Shown here piece after piece: positions 48,637 to 61,900 of a DNA stretch of 64,000 nt (the first letter of the stretch is position 1; each line of letters starts with the position of its first letter). The stretch is from NCBI RefSeq assembly GCF_004010195.1, contig NC_057717.1:106059548-106123547 (forward strand). The letters run 5' to 3'. The notes under the pieces are model-generated. The model worked only from the letters and a program-made list of their open reading frames with translations. It did no database searches and was not told where the DNA came from. This DNA comes from Chiloscyllium plagiosum (taxonomy: Eukaryota). The translations under genes and the position numbers were made by a program.

Positions 48637-48989
48637 TGTGTGAAAGTAATGACATATTTCTGAGATATGATTCCACAGGGACCCAGCCTCTGGTGGCATT
48701 CAAGACAGCAGTGACATAATAGGCAGTATCTGGGCTCCTTTGCCTGGGGTTCATCCACTCTGTCCACTTTTCTTTTTTTCCTTTTCTTTTTCACTCTTTA
48801 TTTGTGCTTCTACTTACCTGCGATAGAGAGCTCAGTCATGGCGGTACTGGTGGTGACAGCATTGACTAAGAAGGCAGCTTCATTGGGGTCCACAGCGTGT
48901 TGGTGGCTGGTAAGCTAGGAGTGGGACTCTCGCAGCAGCATTGAGGAGGTGAGCACAGAACCCATATCGGCTGCTACATCAGCAGAGGC

Positions 48990-49155
48990 AAAAAAACTGC
49001 AGATGTTGGAATCCAAAGTAGACAGGCAGGAGGCTGGAAGAACACAGCAAGACAGGCATCATCTGGAATTCTGAAGAAGGGTTACACCCAAAACATTGAC
49101 TTCTACACCTCCAGATGCTGCCTGGCTTGCTGTGTTCTTCCAGCCTGCTGCCTGT
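48990..49155. mobile_element. Family A-related element with inverted arms
   Basis: 16-bp TSD ctacatcagcagaggc (48974-48989 / 49156-49171); degenerate CTGAAGAAGGGTTACACCCAAAAC core. Confidence 0.8.
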
Positions 49156-50799
49156 CTACATCAGCAGAGGCGACATCGGTGAGGTAGGGCCAGCAGCGAA
49201 AAATGGCGCCTGAGGAACGGTGACTTCAAAGACAGCTGGCTATGTCCTTTTATATTTTAAATTATTCTTTAACTATTCAAAATGGCACCAGAATCATGGC
49301 GATAGTGGAAACTTTTCCCTGTATTTTGTGGTATTTTTCACTGTAAAATACATGTTACAATAAAATCATTTATACATTCTTCCAGGATCTCACCTTAGTG
49401 GGTCATCTGTATGTACAGACATCAATGTGAGAAGGCCGTTAGATCATGGGAAACTAGCAGGTCAGCTTAATGTTGTCCACAAACTCAAAGCTCAGACGAA
49501 AGTGGTACTGGATTGCAATCAGGCTGGGGGCGATACAGCAATATTCTCCACTTGCCTGGATGGGTGCAGCTCCTACAACATTCAAGAAGCTTAACACCAT
49601 CCAGGACAAAGCAGTAGCTGGATTGGCATCACATCCACAAACACCTAATCCCTTCACCACCGATTCAATAGCAGCATCTACAAGATGCATTACAGTAATT
49701 CACCAAGTACCTTCCAAACCGACAGCCAATTACATCTTGAAGGACGAGTATATGAAACAAGAACAGTAGTAGGTCATTCAGTCCTTTGAGTCTGCTCCAC
49801 CAATCATTTAACTCAGTCCCCTATTCCTCCTTTCTCCCCACTTGATACCTTTAGCTCTAAGAAGTATATCTAACTCCTTTTTGGCATCATTCAATGTTTT
49901 GGCCTCAACTATTTCCTGTGGCCGGGAATTCCACAGGTTCACGCCTCTGTGGGTGAAGACATTTCTCCTCATCTCAGATTTAAATGGCCTACACCATATC
50001 CTTAGATTTGTACCTATCATCACAGTAGAAAGCTCAAGTTGCATACGCAAAATACAGGGTAAATCTCGGTGATGAAAACAAGTAAAAATTAATATCAGTA
50101 AAATAAAAGTATTGGGGAAACCTACAACACAACAAACCACTGGAGCTGTTTGTCTACATCCTCGGATTCTAAAAGAGATATATGGGAACACCGGCCCTCT
50201 GAGCCACTCACTATTCTGATTTGGAAATATATTGCCATTTCTTTCGTGTCACTAGGTCAAAATCCTGGAATTCCCTCCCTAACGGTCTTTAAGGCCTACC
50301 TACAACATATGGACTGCAACGGTTCAAGAAGACAGCTCACTACCATCTTCTCAAGGGCAGCTAGGATTGGGCGATCAATGCTGGCCCAGCCAGCGAGGTG
50401 CACATCGTGTTCTCTAACTGCGGGCACTGAGGAATGTGAACATCACTGGCAATGCTAACATGTAGTGCCCATCCTTAACTGCTAACCGAGGTCAAACCAG
50501 GGTGAAGCAGAGTAGGCTTAGGACTAAGTCAGGAAGCTGCTGCTGTGTGTAACTCAGTCACTTGCAGATTGTATGGAAATCAGATTGTGGGATCATGCTG
50601 ACACCTAGTGCCACAATCTGTATATTAAACAGAAGTGTGAAGGAAAGAAAAACATATTTCAATACATCCTTTTATTATCTCAGGATATCACAAAGCACAT
50701 CATAGTCAATGAGGTATTTTTCCAAAATGCAATCACGGTTGTGACAGAGAATGTATTAAGCTAATTTGCCTACGGTAAATTCCACAAAAAAGGAATTCT

Positions 50800-51600
50800 A
50801 TTTTAGGAATATAGTTGAAGGGAAAACAAGATTTTCCACACTTACCCTGTCAAGTTCTCTAAGAATAGGGTTTCCTCTCATTCTTCTATAGTCCAATGAG
50901 TACGGACCCAATCTGCTCAACCTCTCCTCATAGGACAGTCCTTGTACCTGGTCATGATTTGGAGATGCGGGTTTTGGACTGGGGTGTACAAAGTTAAAAA
51001 TCACACAACACCAGGTTATAGTCCACCAGGTTTAATTGGAAGCACACTAGCTTTCGGAGCATGGTATTCAAACAGATGAAAGACTCAACAATCAAGGTAT
51101 TTTTCAATGTATAATTTCAATTACATCACACTGTAAACTTTTGCTATAAATTCTGTGTCTTATGATCTTATACTCCACAACCCCCTGATGAAGGAGCGAC
51201 GCTCTGAAAGCTAGTGCTTCCAAATAAACCTGTTGGACTATAACCTGGTGTTGTGTGATTTTTAACCTTGTACCTGGTATCAGTCTGGTGAAACTTCTTT
51301 GGACTGCCTTCCTTGTCAATATATCTTTCTTAATTTAAGAGGCCCAAAGTATTCACAGTATTTGAGCTGTGGTCTGACTAATGCCTTATGTACAGTTTTA
51401 GCAAGATCTCCCTGTTGTTATACTCCATTCCCTTTGAAATAAAGGCTAACAATTAATTTGCCTTCCCTACTATCCACTGAACTTGGATGTTAGCTTTTCT
51501 GTGATTCATGGGCTAGAACTCCCAAATCGCTCCATGCTGCAGCCTTCTGCAGTTTTGCCCCATTTAAATAATATTCAATTCTTCTATTCTTCTCACCAAA
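50800..51600 (-). mobile_element. Decayed CR1 fragment containing a nested family B element
   Basis: GLSYEERLSRLG and AVQRSFTRLIPG lie on either side of the insertion. Confidence 0.8.
50953..51265. mobile_element. Family B Penelope-derived element with inverted arms
   Basis: 13-bp TSD ccttgtacctggt (50940-50952 / 51266-51278); core CTGATGA-A-GGAGC-GAC-GCTCT-GAAA-G-CTA at 51185-51213. Confidence 0.85.
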
Positions 51601-54600
51601 CTGCTTTGGGACAATGCTATGTACAATATGGCTACTGTTATGCAATTACTAAGCAGTCCACTATCCTTACAAACCCTAGCACATCAGGTCTATGGGACTT
51701 TGAAATCTAAAGTGGGGAAACAAATGACCTGCAGTTACACTGTCAATGCAAAAGCTTTTCACTACACTCCCTACAAGCCTGCCAACCGACAAATGTGGCA
51801 TTATATGGTTCTACAGTAGTGTCAGTGTCATTGGTCAGGACACCTGTCTGGATATTCTCCTCTGATCTTGCTGATAGCGGAGGATTCCCATACCAATCGC
51901 AGGGAACTGGAGGACCTTTCAAACCCTTGGAGACAGTTACCTCATTCCTCACAATGTCCAGTATAACCCAGCTCTGTGACTTATAAATTCAGTTATATCC
52001 AGCTACATTCTGACCTGCAGAAGATGGGAGTAGCTGTAGTATTTATGAACAGGCAGCAAATAGGCTCACATTCGCAAGATGCACATATTGACCGTAATGC
52101 ACCACAATTTCTCGATCCTACATACACCAACTCCTTGGCCTCAACTTCCTGCCACCCAACCATTAGTTAAAGGTGAATTAAAATGAAACAGTTGGAATAT
52201 TTTACTGTTACAATCTGATCAATTGGGTTCAGATAGGTCTGGTGTGTTAACATTGTTTAAACAATAGCAGTCAGTCATCATGATGACAATTATGGACTTG
52301 GAAGCACTATCCATTGTAACTGAAGTGATTTAAAGGGAAGGCCTACAAGCAGCATGCAAGCAACTTGGGATGTGCAATAATTGCTTACCGACCAGCAATG
52401 CTCACATTGTGAGAAATAACACTTGCAATTGATTCTTTGAGAGAAGGAGGCCATTCTTGTGCTCAATATTGAATTGGCCACACACTAGATTCTATGGATT
52501 TCTGATCAAAGATGTCCGGGCCATTATGAACCAGTTACTCTTTCAAGTTTTGACATTTGTAGAGATTATAAACAAACCTGAAGGTTTAGGGGAATCAAAC
52601 TTTAAAATCAGAGTGTTACAAGCAGATCAAGAGAGCAATATTAGACCCTGTCTCCGACAGTATTGTCACTTTATACATATCCTGACTGGTAGGAAACTGT
52701 GGTTTATCAATTTCCTGAATGTATGATGCAGAGTAACCAGATTTCTGACAGAGGTGAAATAACTCCACAGAGGCTGGTATCCTGTTACCAAGTACCCTTT
52801 ATTTACACGTGAGTAGAACTTGGCACTGGTCTGGCTTCCAAAAAGCCAGTTCTCAGAGTGAACAGAATCTCCAACACACCGTCAGCCAGGGCTTTCTGAT
52901 TGGGACTGTTAATCTGGTCCTTTCAGGGAATTCGTAGTCTATGATGTCCACCAGGCTGACTTCGTTACAATCACTTCATGCCTTTCCTCTAAGTCTGGGG
53001 ATACGGGCCTGTTCATTTTTGTGTAGCCTCTCCTGGGGCATTTTTGCACTGGGTCCAGTTTCTCCAATTCAGCCTCGGATATGGGTGGTGTGTACCAGAC
53101 CAGAACCTGCCTCTAGTATCTGAAGAGTCTTGGAAGGAATTCATCCCCTGCTTCAGGCAGCAAAGGTGTCAAGGCTGCAACATCCGCAGTGTCCATCTCA
53201 GACTCCAAAGTTTCTTCAAGACTAGACAGAAGGGAGAACCCATAGGTTCTGACAGTCTTTTTGGATGTTCTAAAGGGCCAGGTATATTGTGCTCCTGCCT
53301 CATTTGCGAATCTGCAGCTTTCATGTGGTCAATCTGCTTCAGGACTGCCTCACCTACCTGACCTGAACTTTGTATGTCACAGGACCTGACTTCGCAACAA
53401 ACACACCTTTTACCCATGCAGGACCACGTTGACACCAAACTTCGTCCCCTGAAGTAAACTGTCTCTCTTGCTTAGATGAATTTTGTATCCAACACTGGAA
53501 TTCCTGATGCCACTTCACCCTCCTGCCTCCCAGGTCTGGGAAGATCAGATTTAACCAGGAGCGGAGTCTTCTTTCCATTAGCAAACCTGCTGAAGCTATT
53601 CCTGTAGTTGCATGAGGGGTGGTCTAATAATTAAATAGAAACTGGGACAGTTTCATACTGAGTGAAGCTGTAGGCTGTTTCTTTAAGCTTGCCTTTGAAG
53701 TTTGAACTGCTCTTTTCACGAGACCATTGGATGAAGGATGGTGTGCAGCTGTTCTAACATGCTGAATGCCATTCGACTTTAGGATTTATTTGAATTTCCT
53801 GCTGGTTATCTGTGACCAACACTTCCGAGAGCCCATGTATAGCAAAGGATGCTCACAGTTTTTCTATTGCGGTCCTCATGTTTGATGAATGAACTCTATG
53901 CACATCCAATCACTTTGAATGGGTGTCCACAATGACTAAGACTGTTGAGCCTATGAAAGGTGCTGTTTGGTCAACATGTATCCAAGTGCAGAATTTACCT
54001 GGCTATTCCCATAAATGTGGAGGAGCTGCTGTCAGAAATGTTTGTCCTTCTTGGCACTCTGAGCACTGCCCCACTGACATGGGCTATGTCTGCATCCAAT
54101 CTGACCACCAGACAGAACCTGTCACTAATGGCTTCATAATGGATACCCCTGGATGACCCTGGATGACCCTGGTGGAGTACAGCCAGTACTCATATCTGAT
54201 GACGACCTTTGTTTGGGACAAATACTCTTGCTCCCCATAATAAAAAGCCATCCTCTATGGTGATCTGGTATCACCAGATCCAGAAAGGCTTCAGTTCTAG
54301 TTGGATGGGCCTTTTGTTTCCCCAATCACCGCCAGCAGTTTTAGTTTTGTCAGGACGGGATTGTTTTGTGTCTACACTCTGATATTGTCAGCGGTGACAG
54401 AAAGGGTGCCCAGAAAGTTTAAAACCACAACGATTCTTCCAGTGGTAACACCACTGTGGTGGATCTGCTAGCGGGAAGTGGTTCAAGGCACCTGCATTTG
54501 CCACTTGGCATCGCAAACAGTGTTCCAGCTTGTAACTGTAGGCACTTACAATGACAGCCCACCGCTATGAAGCAATGGGCAGCACAGCCTTGTCCTTTTT

Positions 54601-54897
54601 AAGTAGCCCTAGCAGGAGTTTATGATCCATTACTATTACAATTTACTTCCGTAAAGGATTTGGGAGAACTTCCTCATACCGAAGATGACTGTCAAACCTT
54701 CCTTCTGTATCTGGGTATATTTGTGCTTTGCATCAGACAAAGTTCAGGAAGCAAACATTCCTCTCCATTGGACCATCTGTGAGCCAACACTACCTTTTAC
54801 TGTTTTGCATGTCAGCACTAGATCCCACTTGGGATCAGAGTGTGCTAACCGCTTCGACGATGATAACCACTTCTTCACTTTCCTGAAGGTTATGGCT

Positions 54898-55278
54898 TGG
54901 TTTGCCACAAAAAGACACGACCCTCCCTCGTAGCCCTACACACACCATTTCGACTGGGACAACACATCTATCCTGGGACAGGCTAAGCAAAGACATGCCA
55001 GAGAATTCCTAGAGGCCTGGCACCCCAACCACAGCACCATAAACAAACACATAGATCTAGATACCATCTATCAACCCCGCAGAAAATGAACAGGAAATGA
55101 CATCACCACAAACCCCAGGAACCCCGTCCAGGACAAACATATCAAAAAAAGCAGGAGACAACAGCTTTGCTTCACTTGGAGGTCGCCACTGTAGCCAGGT
55201 AATGAAATGTCTGGATATCAAACTTACAGCTCAGCGAGCAAACCTACACTCTAAACCTCAACTTGAGCTACAAACCTT
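54898..55278 (+). mobile_element. Penelope 3' fragment nested in Gypsy pol
   Basis: Homologous to 43009-43583 ([18 protein letters not shown]); hammerhead core partly deleted. Confidence 0.85.
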
Positions 55279-57113
55279 TGCGTTTAAGTGCTCTTTGTGA
55301 AGGCTTGGGCATTTATCCAGCTGGGAGAAGCAGTGTACCATTTGTTTAAAATCCTCACAAAGATGAACTGACCTGTTGGGCTTCACAATTGATACGACTG
55401 GTGCTGCCCATTCCGCAAATTGGACTGTTTTGATAATTCCTTTGCTCTCCAGCCTCCTGATTTCTGTCTCTACTTTTGCATGTAAGGCAAATGGCACTGG
55501 GTGAGTTTGGCAAAATTGTGGAATTACTTCCTGATCAACAAGCAAGGTGGCCTTGGCTCCTCTGACTGTTTCTAGACCTTCCTGAAAAACCTGAAAAAGG
55601 TATTTAATTAGGACTTCACTCAAGTAGCCATTTTCTAATCGCAAAATGCTGAGCCAATCATGGCGAATCTTTCTCAACCAATTTTGCCACATCAGGCTTA
55701 GGCCTGAGCCTTTTATTCCAATCAGTGGTAACTGAACCAACTGCTTTTCTTATGAGATTGGAACCAAATTTGTGCCCTTAAACTATAAAGGCTCCGCAGT
55801 ACAGGATCTCAGTCTGGCCAATGTCTTATGGAAACTTTAAGGGTTAGAGTGAATTTTGTTAAAGACTGGCTTTGCACACACTGATATAGCTGCGCCAGTT
55901 TCAACCTCCATTAGAATCAGGTGACTAATTAACCAGATGTTTATTTTGATTGGTACAATTTAACTGTTCCAAGCCAGATGTAGGTAGACTCTCTAGGATG
56001 CACATTCTCCTTCTTACTGGCCTATGAGTTCTCTTACTCAATTCAGGCCTATGGAACTCTTTTGCTGTCTTGAGTCTGCATACCAGCAGCAACTACAAAG
56101 GCTTCTGAGGAAGGATCTCTGAACCTGAAATTTTAACTTTGATTTCTCTTCACAGATGCTTCCAAACTTGCTGAGCTTTTCCAGCAACTTCTGTTTTTGT
56201 ACAATGGCTTGCCAGCCCGCATCATGAAGAAAATGTTAACCGTTTGACCAAGGCTCGGCTTTGATTTGGGGTATTGCTGTGGGTTGACCTAGAGTCCCTC
56301 TGTTCAGAATATGTCCTGAGTGGATATGCAATGATCTTGACTCAAGTGGTGTTCCCCCAAGCTCAGTTGGCCTGGGGAGGGTGTCCACTTTTGTCAGCAT
56401 ACCCTGTAACTCATATGATCCACTTGCCACAAACCCAGTTGCAATGCCTGTCTGAAGTCCAGTTGGGCTTCAGCTAGTGGGTGCTTTTGCATGGTACATC
56501 ATTAATCCTGCATAGCAAACAGTAACTCAGCATCACATTAAGAGTTAAACCAAAGTCATATGCCTCCACCAGTCATCTTAACCTTGTCAAAAATCCCAAA
56601 GTGGATTCCCCTGATTCTCGAATTGCCGAGCAAAACCAACAATGTCTCAGAATTAGAGTAGGTGTGAGGTCATCATATTCCTTAACTAAATCCATCAGCT
56701 CTTGAAAGGTTTTAGCATCTGGTGCCTCAAAAAACATTAGGCTCCTAATAGCCAAAAAGGTTGCAGTTCAACAAACCATCAGGAGAATTACTCAGTGCTT
56801 TTCATTTGCTCTAATATCATTTGCCCAGAAAACAAATGCATTCTTTTCACATACTGGGCCTGGTTTTTCGATGGCAAACTTCCCAAATAATGGCATGATG
56901 CCAGAAATGCTTACTCCAACTGAAAGATGACCACTGTGAGAGAATTTCTCCAGAACTGTATTTTTTTCTCTTGTTCCCACTGAAGTAACTCCACAGAACC
57001 AGTATCCTGTCACCAAGTCACCCTTTATTTACATGCACATAGTTCTTGACACTGGTCCGGCTTCCTCAGAGCCAGCTCTCAGAGTTGATAGAACCTCTGA
57101 CGTTTCTGTTTCT

Positions 57114-57637
57114 TTTTTTTTTCTTTTTTCTAAGGGGAGGGTGACACTCCTGTTTATTTATTTATTTATTTTTTTATTTTAACCCCCACACTACCACCTA
57201 AGTGCGGTAGTGCTTATTTGTTGGTCGACACCACGTGCTCCTTCTCCAAGGATACCCGGGCTCTAACGTAACCGCGGAAGAGGGGCAGGCAGTCGGACGT
57301 TTCTGTTTCTTTTTTTTTTTTTTTTTTTTTTACAGTGAAAGACACAAAGTGCACCAATCTTTTATTCAATTTCCACCACCAGGAAGATAGGAAAACACCC
57401 GGGTGGCCAGTGACAAACACTGCCCTTCACAGCAAGGGACAGTGCTGTGTGATCAAAAACAGTGAAGGGGTGGGTAGGGACTAAATCAAAATAGAATTGG
57501 AGGGAGAAATGATGCACTCCACTCCCCGCGGCGCCCACCTCTCCCTGAACAACTCCAGGGTGTTGGTCGACACCACGTGCTCCTTCTCCAAGGATACCCG
57601 GGCTCTAACGTAACCGCGGAAGAGGGGCAGGCAGTCG
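57114..57637 (-). mobile_element. Tx1/L1-like LINE 3' end, tandem double insertion inside the Gypsy LTR
   Basis: Minus-strand DCLPLFRGYVRARVSLEKEHVVSTNTLELFRERWAPRGVECII*; two poly(A) tails; the target gacgtttctgtttct occurs three times. Confidence 0.7.
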
Positions 57638-58914
57638 GACGTTTCTGTTTCTATCTGTCAGCCTGGGCTCCCTGATTGGACCAAATTAACAGTCCTGATC
57701 AGGGAACTCATTCTATGAGGTCCGCCTCGCTGACCTCGATATAATCACTATAAGACTCTTTTCAGAAGTAGCAGCTGCTAAAATTGAAGTGCTCACACAG
57801 GCAGGCTGCAATTATCCAGTTGAGAGTCAGAGTGCTAAGTGGGACCCTCTGACAGGGAAAACATGATGATAGCAGTATATTTTCATGAAACAATCCATCA
57901 GTTACATTAATACAGCATGTGCCTGAGACTGCCTAGCTCAAAGGGCAGCTCTTCCAATTTACTTCTACCCGCCAGATCCTCAAAGTGTCCTGAATTCCAC
58001 TTACCATAGACAGGGTGAGGATTTGATGAAAGGACCATATCTGAGAGTATGTTGCACCAAATGTGACACTCCCCAGGGAAAGGCATTCTGCCCAGCTGGC
58101 AAATGAGAAAATATGGAATGAGTCAAACAACAGCTATCCCACCCACAGGCACAGGTGACTTCTTGAACAATAGAAATTATGCTCTGAATTTAGTATTATT
58201 CTTCCAATTGCTTCTGGCAAAAGTGCCAATACTCAGACTATACTCCAACAGTAATTGGGGCACAGAGGGAGCCCCTCAACCCTGAACAGTTGATAAACTA
58301 GGTTAAGATGTTTAAAGTGTGTGCTATTACATTGTTCATGTGCTTCTATAATGCAACCGTCTCTGGGAAGTTAGTATGATGGTTACAATCTGTAATGGTG
58401 CAAGGTCTCAAACTCTGATAGCCCCTCAGTGATCTCTGCAATCAATACGGGTAGAAATCTTGGGTATACAACATCATCTTTATTTTCCCTTTCAAATTTC
58501 CGGACTTGGACATTTTCTGATGGAAGATGTGTGATTTTTTACATGTTATCATTTTTTAAATTAATAGTATTGGGCTGTTGGTCTATTTTTGAAGGTGTTT
58601 AAAAATTAATTAGATCAGTCTTTTCAGAACCACAAGTTTTAAACCAGTATTTGTCAAAAAGTTGGTCTGCAAGCCTCCTGGAGTGTTAATAGAAGTTTGT
58701 TTATATTGTGAAGGCTTACAACTAGAGAAAAAAAATTACGACATTAATTTAGCAGAATCTAGGATGAGCAAGATTTTTAAAAATTTAGTTCAAAGGTGAT
58801 TGGGTTCAGTTTGAAGGGGAACTTGAAGTAAGTATAGTGTCTACTAGACAAAGAGATCGTTTGGAGGATTTAGGGAAATTATTCACCTTAATGAAGGAAT
58901 ATAATTTGTGAAGT

Positions 58915-61900
58915 TTCCAGATCAGGAGTATTTGGTTGGAAATCTATACCTTCAAGACAATGTCCCAACCACCACCATCACCATCCTTATCTCACTGGCA
59001 GGACAGACCGCAGCAGAGGAGACAGCACAGTGGGATACAGTCGGGAGGAAATTGCCCTGGGAGTCCTCAACATTGACTCTGGATCCCATGAAGTCTCATG
59101 GCTTCAGGTTTAACATGGGCAAGGAAACCTCCTACTGATTACCACACACCATCCTCCCTCAGCTGATGAATCAATATTCCTCCATGTTGAATAACACTCA
59201 GAGGAAGCACTTAGGATGGCAAGGGTACACAATGTACTCTGGGTGGGGGATTTCAATGTTCACCACCAAGAGTGGATCAGCAGCAGTACTATTGTTCGAG
59301 TTGGTCGGGTCCTAAAGGATATAGCTGCTCGACTGGGTCTGCGGCAGGTGCTGAGGGAACCAACATGAGGGAACCAACATGACTTCATCCTTATCAAACT
59401 GCCAGCTGCAGATGCACCTACTCATGACAGTATTGTTAAGTTCTTGTTGAGACAAAGTCCTGCTTTTACATTGAGAATAAACTCCATTGTGCTGTGTGGC
59501 ACTATCACCGTGCTAAATGGGACAGACTTTGAACAGATCTAGCAACTCAAGTTTGGGCACCCATGAGGCTCTGTGGGCCATCATCAACATCAGAACTGTA
59601 CTCTAGCACAATCTGTAACCTCATGGCCTGGCATATCCCCGACTCAACCATTACCATCAAGCCAGGGGGTGAACCCTGGTTCAATGGAGAGTGCAGGAGG
59701 GCATGCCAGGAGCAGCACCAGGCATACCTGAAGATGACGTGTCAATCTAGTGAAGCCACCAAACAGGACTATTTGCACGCCAGTGTAAGCAGCAAATGAT
59801 TGACAGAGCTAAGCGATCGCGCAATGAACGGATCAAATCTAGGCTCTGCAGTCAAAGAACAAAACAGCACAGGAACAGGCCCTCCAGCCCTCCAAGCCTG
59901 TGCTGACACATTTTGTCCTTTCACACTAAAACAGTGTTCACTAACAGGATGTGTAACTCTCTATACCCTTTCTATTCATGTATTCGTCCAGATACTTCTT
60001 GAATGCTGCTGTTGTGTGTGCTTCCATCACCTCCTCTGGCAGCGCATTCCAGGCACTCACCATCCTCTGTGTGAAAAGATTGTCTTGCACATCTCTTAAA
60101 CTCCCCCATCGCATTTTGAACCTGTGTTCCCTAGCAATTAACCCCTCCACCTCGGAAAAGCCTCATACTTTCTTCTATCTATGCTATTCATAATCTTATA
60201 AATTCTACCAGGTCGCCCTGAACTTCCTGTAAAAACAAACCCAACGTATCCCATCTTTTCTTGTAGCTAAAACTCCCCATACCAGGCAATGTCCTGGTAA
60301 ACCTGTTCTGTGTCCTTTCCAAAGCGTCCACATCCTTGTGGTGGTATGGTGACCAGAACTGGATGGAATATTCCGAGTGTGGCCTGACTAAAGTTCTATA
60401 AAGCTGCAGCATAACTTGTCTATCCTTATACTCAATGCGCCTTCCAATGATGACAAGCATGCCATAAGCCTTTTTTTACCCACCTTACCTACTTGTGCTG
60501 CCATCTTTAGTGATCTGTGGACCAGCACACCCAAATCCCTGTGCATATCAATATTCCTAAGGGTTCTGCCATTCACTGTATAAGTTCCACCTGCACTTAA
60601 CCTTGTACTGGTCCAGATTAAACTCCATCTGCCATTATTCTGCCCATGCCTCCAACTGATGTATTTCTTGTTGTATACTCTGACAATCCTTCTCACTATC
60701 AATCTTTGCATTGTCTGCAAACTTACTATTTAGACCTGCTATATTTTCCTCTAAATCATTCATGTAGACCATGAATAGCAGAGGTCCCAGCACTGATCCC
60801 TGTGGAACACTACTCCTTCCACAACCAATCATGAATGGTGTTGGACGATTAAACAATTCACTGGAGGAGGAGACTCCACAAATATCCCCATCCTCAAGGA
60901 TGGAAGAGCTCAGCACATCAGTGCAAAAGATAAGGCTGAAGCTCTCACAGCAAATCTTCAGCCAGAAGTGCTAAGTAGATGATCCATCTTGGCCTCCTCC
61001 ACTGGTCCCCTGCTTTACAGATACCAGTCTTCAGTCAATTTGATTCACTCCATGTGATATCAAGAAATGGTTGGAGGCACTGGATACTGCAAAGGCTACA
61101 GGCCCTGACAACATTCCAACAGTAGTACTGAAGATTTGTGCTCCAGACCTTGCTGGTCCGCGAGCAATCTGTTCCAGTAACAACACTAGCACCTACCCGA
61201 CAATGACCTGTACATAAAAAGCAGGAAAGACCAACTCGGCCAATTCCTGTCCCATTAGTCTATTGTCGATCATCAGTAAAATGATGGAAGGTGTCATCAA
61301 CAGTCCTATCTGGTAGCACAAGCTTAGCAGTGATGCCCAGTTTGGGTTCTGCCAGGGCCACTCAGCTCCTGACCTCATTACAATTTTGGTTCAAAGATGA
61401 ACTGAAAAAGAACCTCCAAAGGTGAGGTGAGAGTGACTTGACATCAAGCTGCATTCGACCGAGTGTGACACCAAGGAGACCTAGCAAAACTGGGATCAAT
61501 GGGTATCAGGGGGCAAGCTCTCTGGTGGTTAGAGTCATACCTGACACATAGGAAGGTGGTCATAGTTGTTGGAGGTTAGTCATCTCAGCTCTTGGACATC
61601 TCTCAGTTCCTCAGGATAGTGTCCTTGGCCCAACTATATTCAGCTGCTTCATCAATAACCATCCCTCCATCATAAGGTCAAAAGTGGGGACGTTCGCCGA
61701 TGATTGCACACTGTTGAGCACCATTCACAAGTCCTCAGATACTGAAGCAGTCCACGTCCAAATGCAACAAGATCTGGACAATATCCAGATTTGAGCTGAC
61801 AAGTAACATTCATGCCACACAAATACCAGGCTATGACCATCACCAATAAGAAACAATTGAACCGCTACCCCTTGACATCATTGAATTCCCACCAACATTC

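Larger units (their letters stand above)
52755..57752 (-). mobile_element. Decayed Ty3/Gypsy LTR retrotransposon with both LTRs and nested insertions
   Basis: Diverged direct repeats at 52755-52978 and 56981-57752 (the latter interrupted); purine tract agaggaaagg next to the left LTR; remnants of gag (KTFQELMDLV), RT start (PVPFALHAKVETEIRRLE, WAAPVVSIVKP) and integrase C-terminus (GPVTYKV). Confidence 0.85.
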
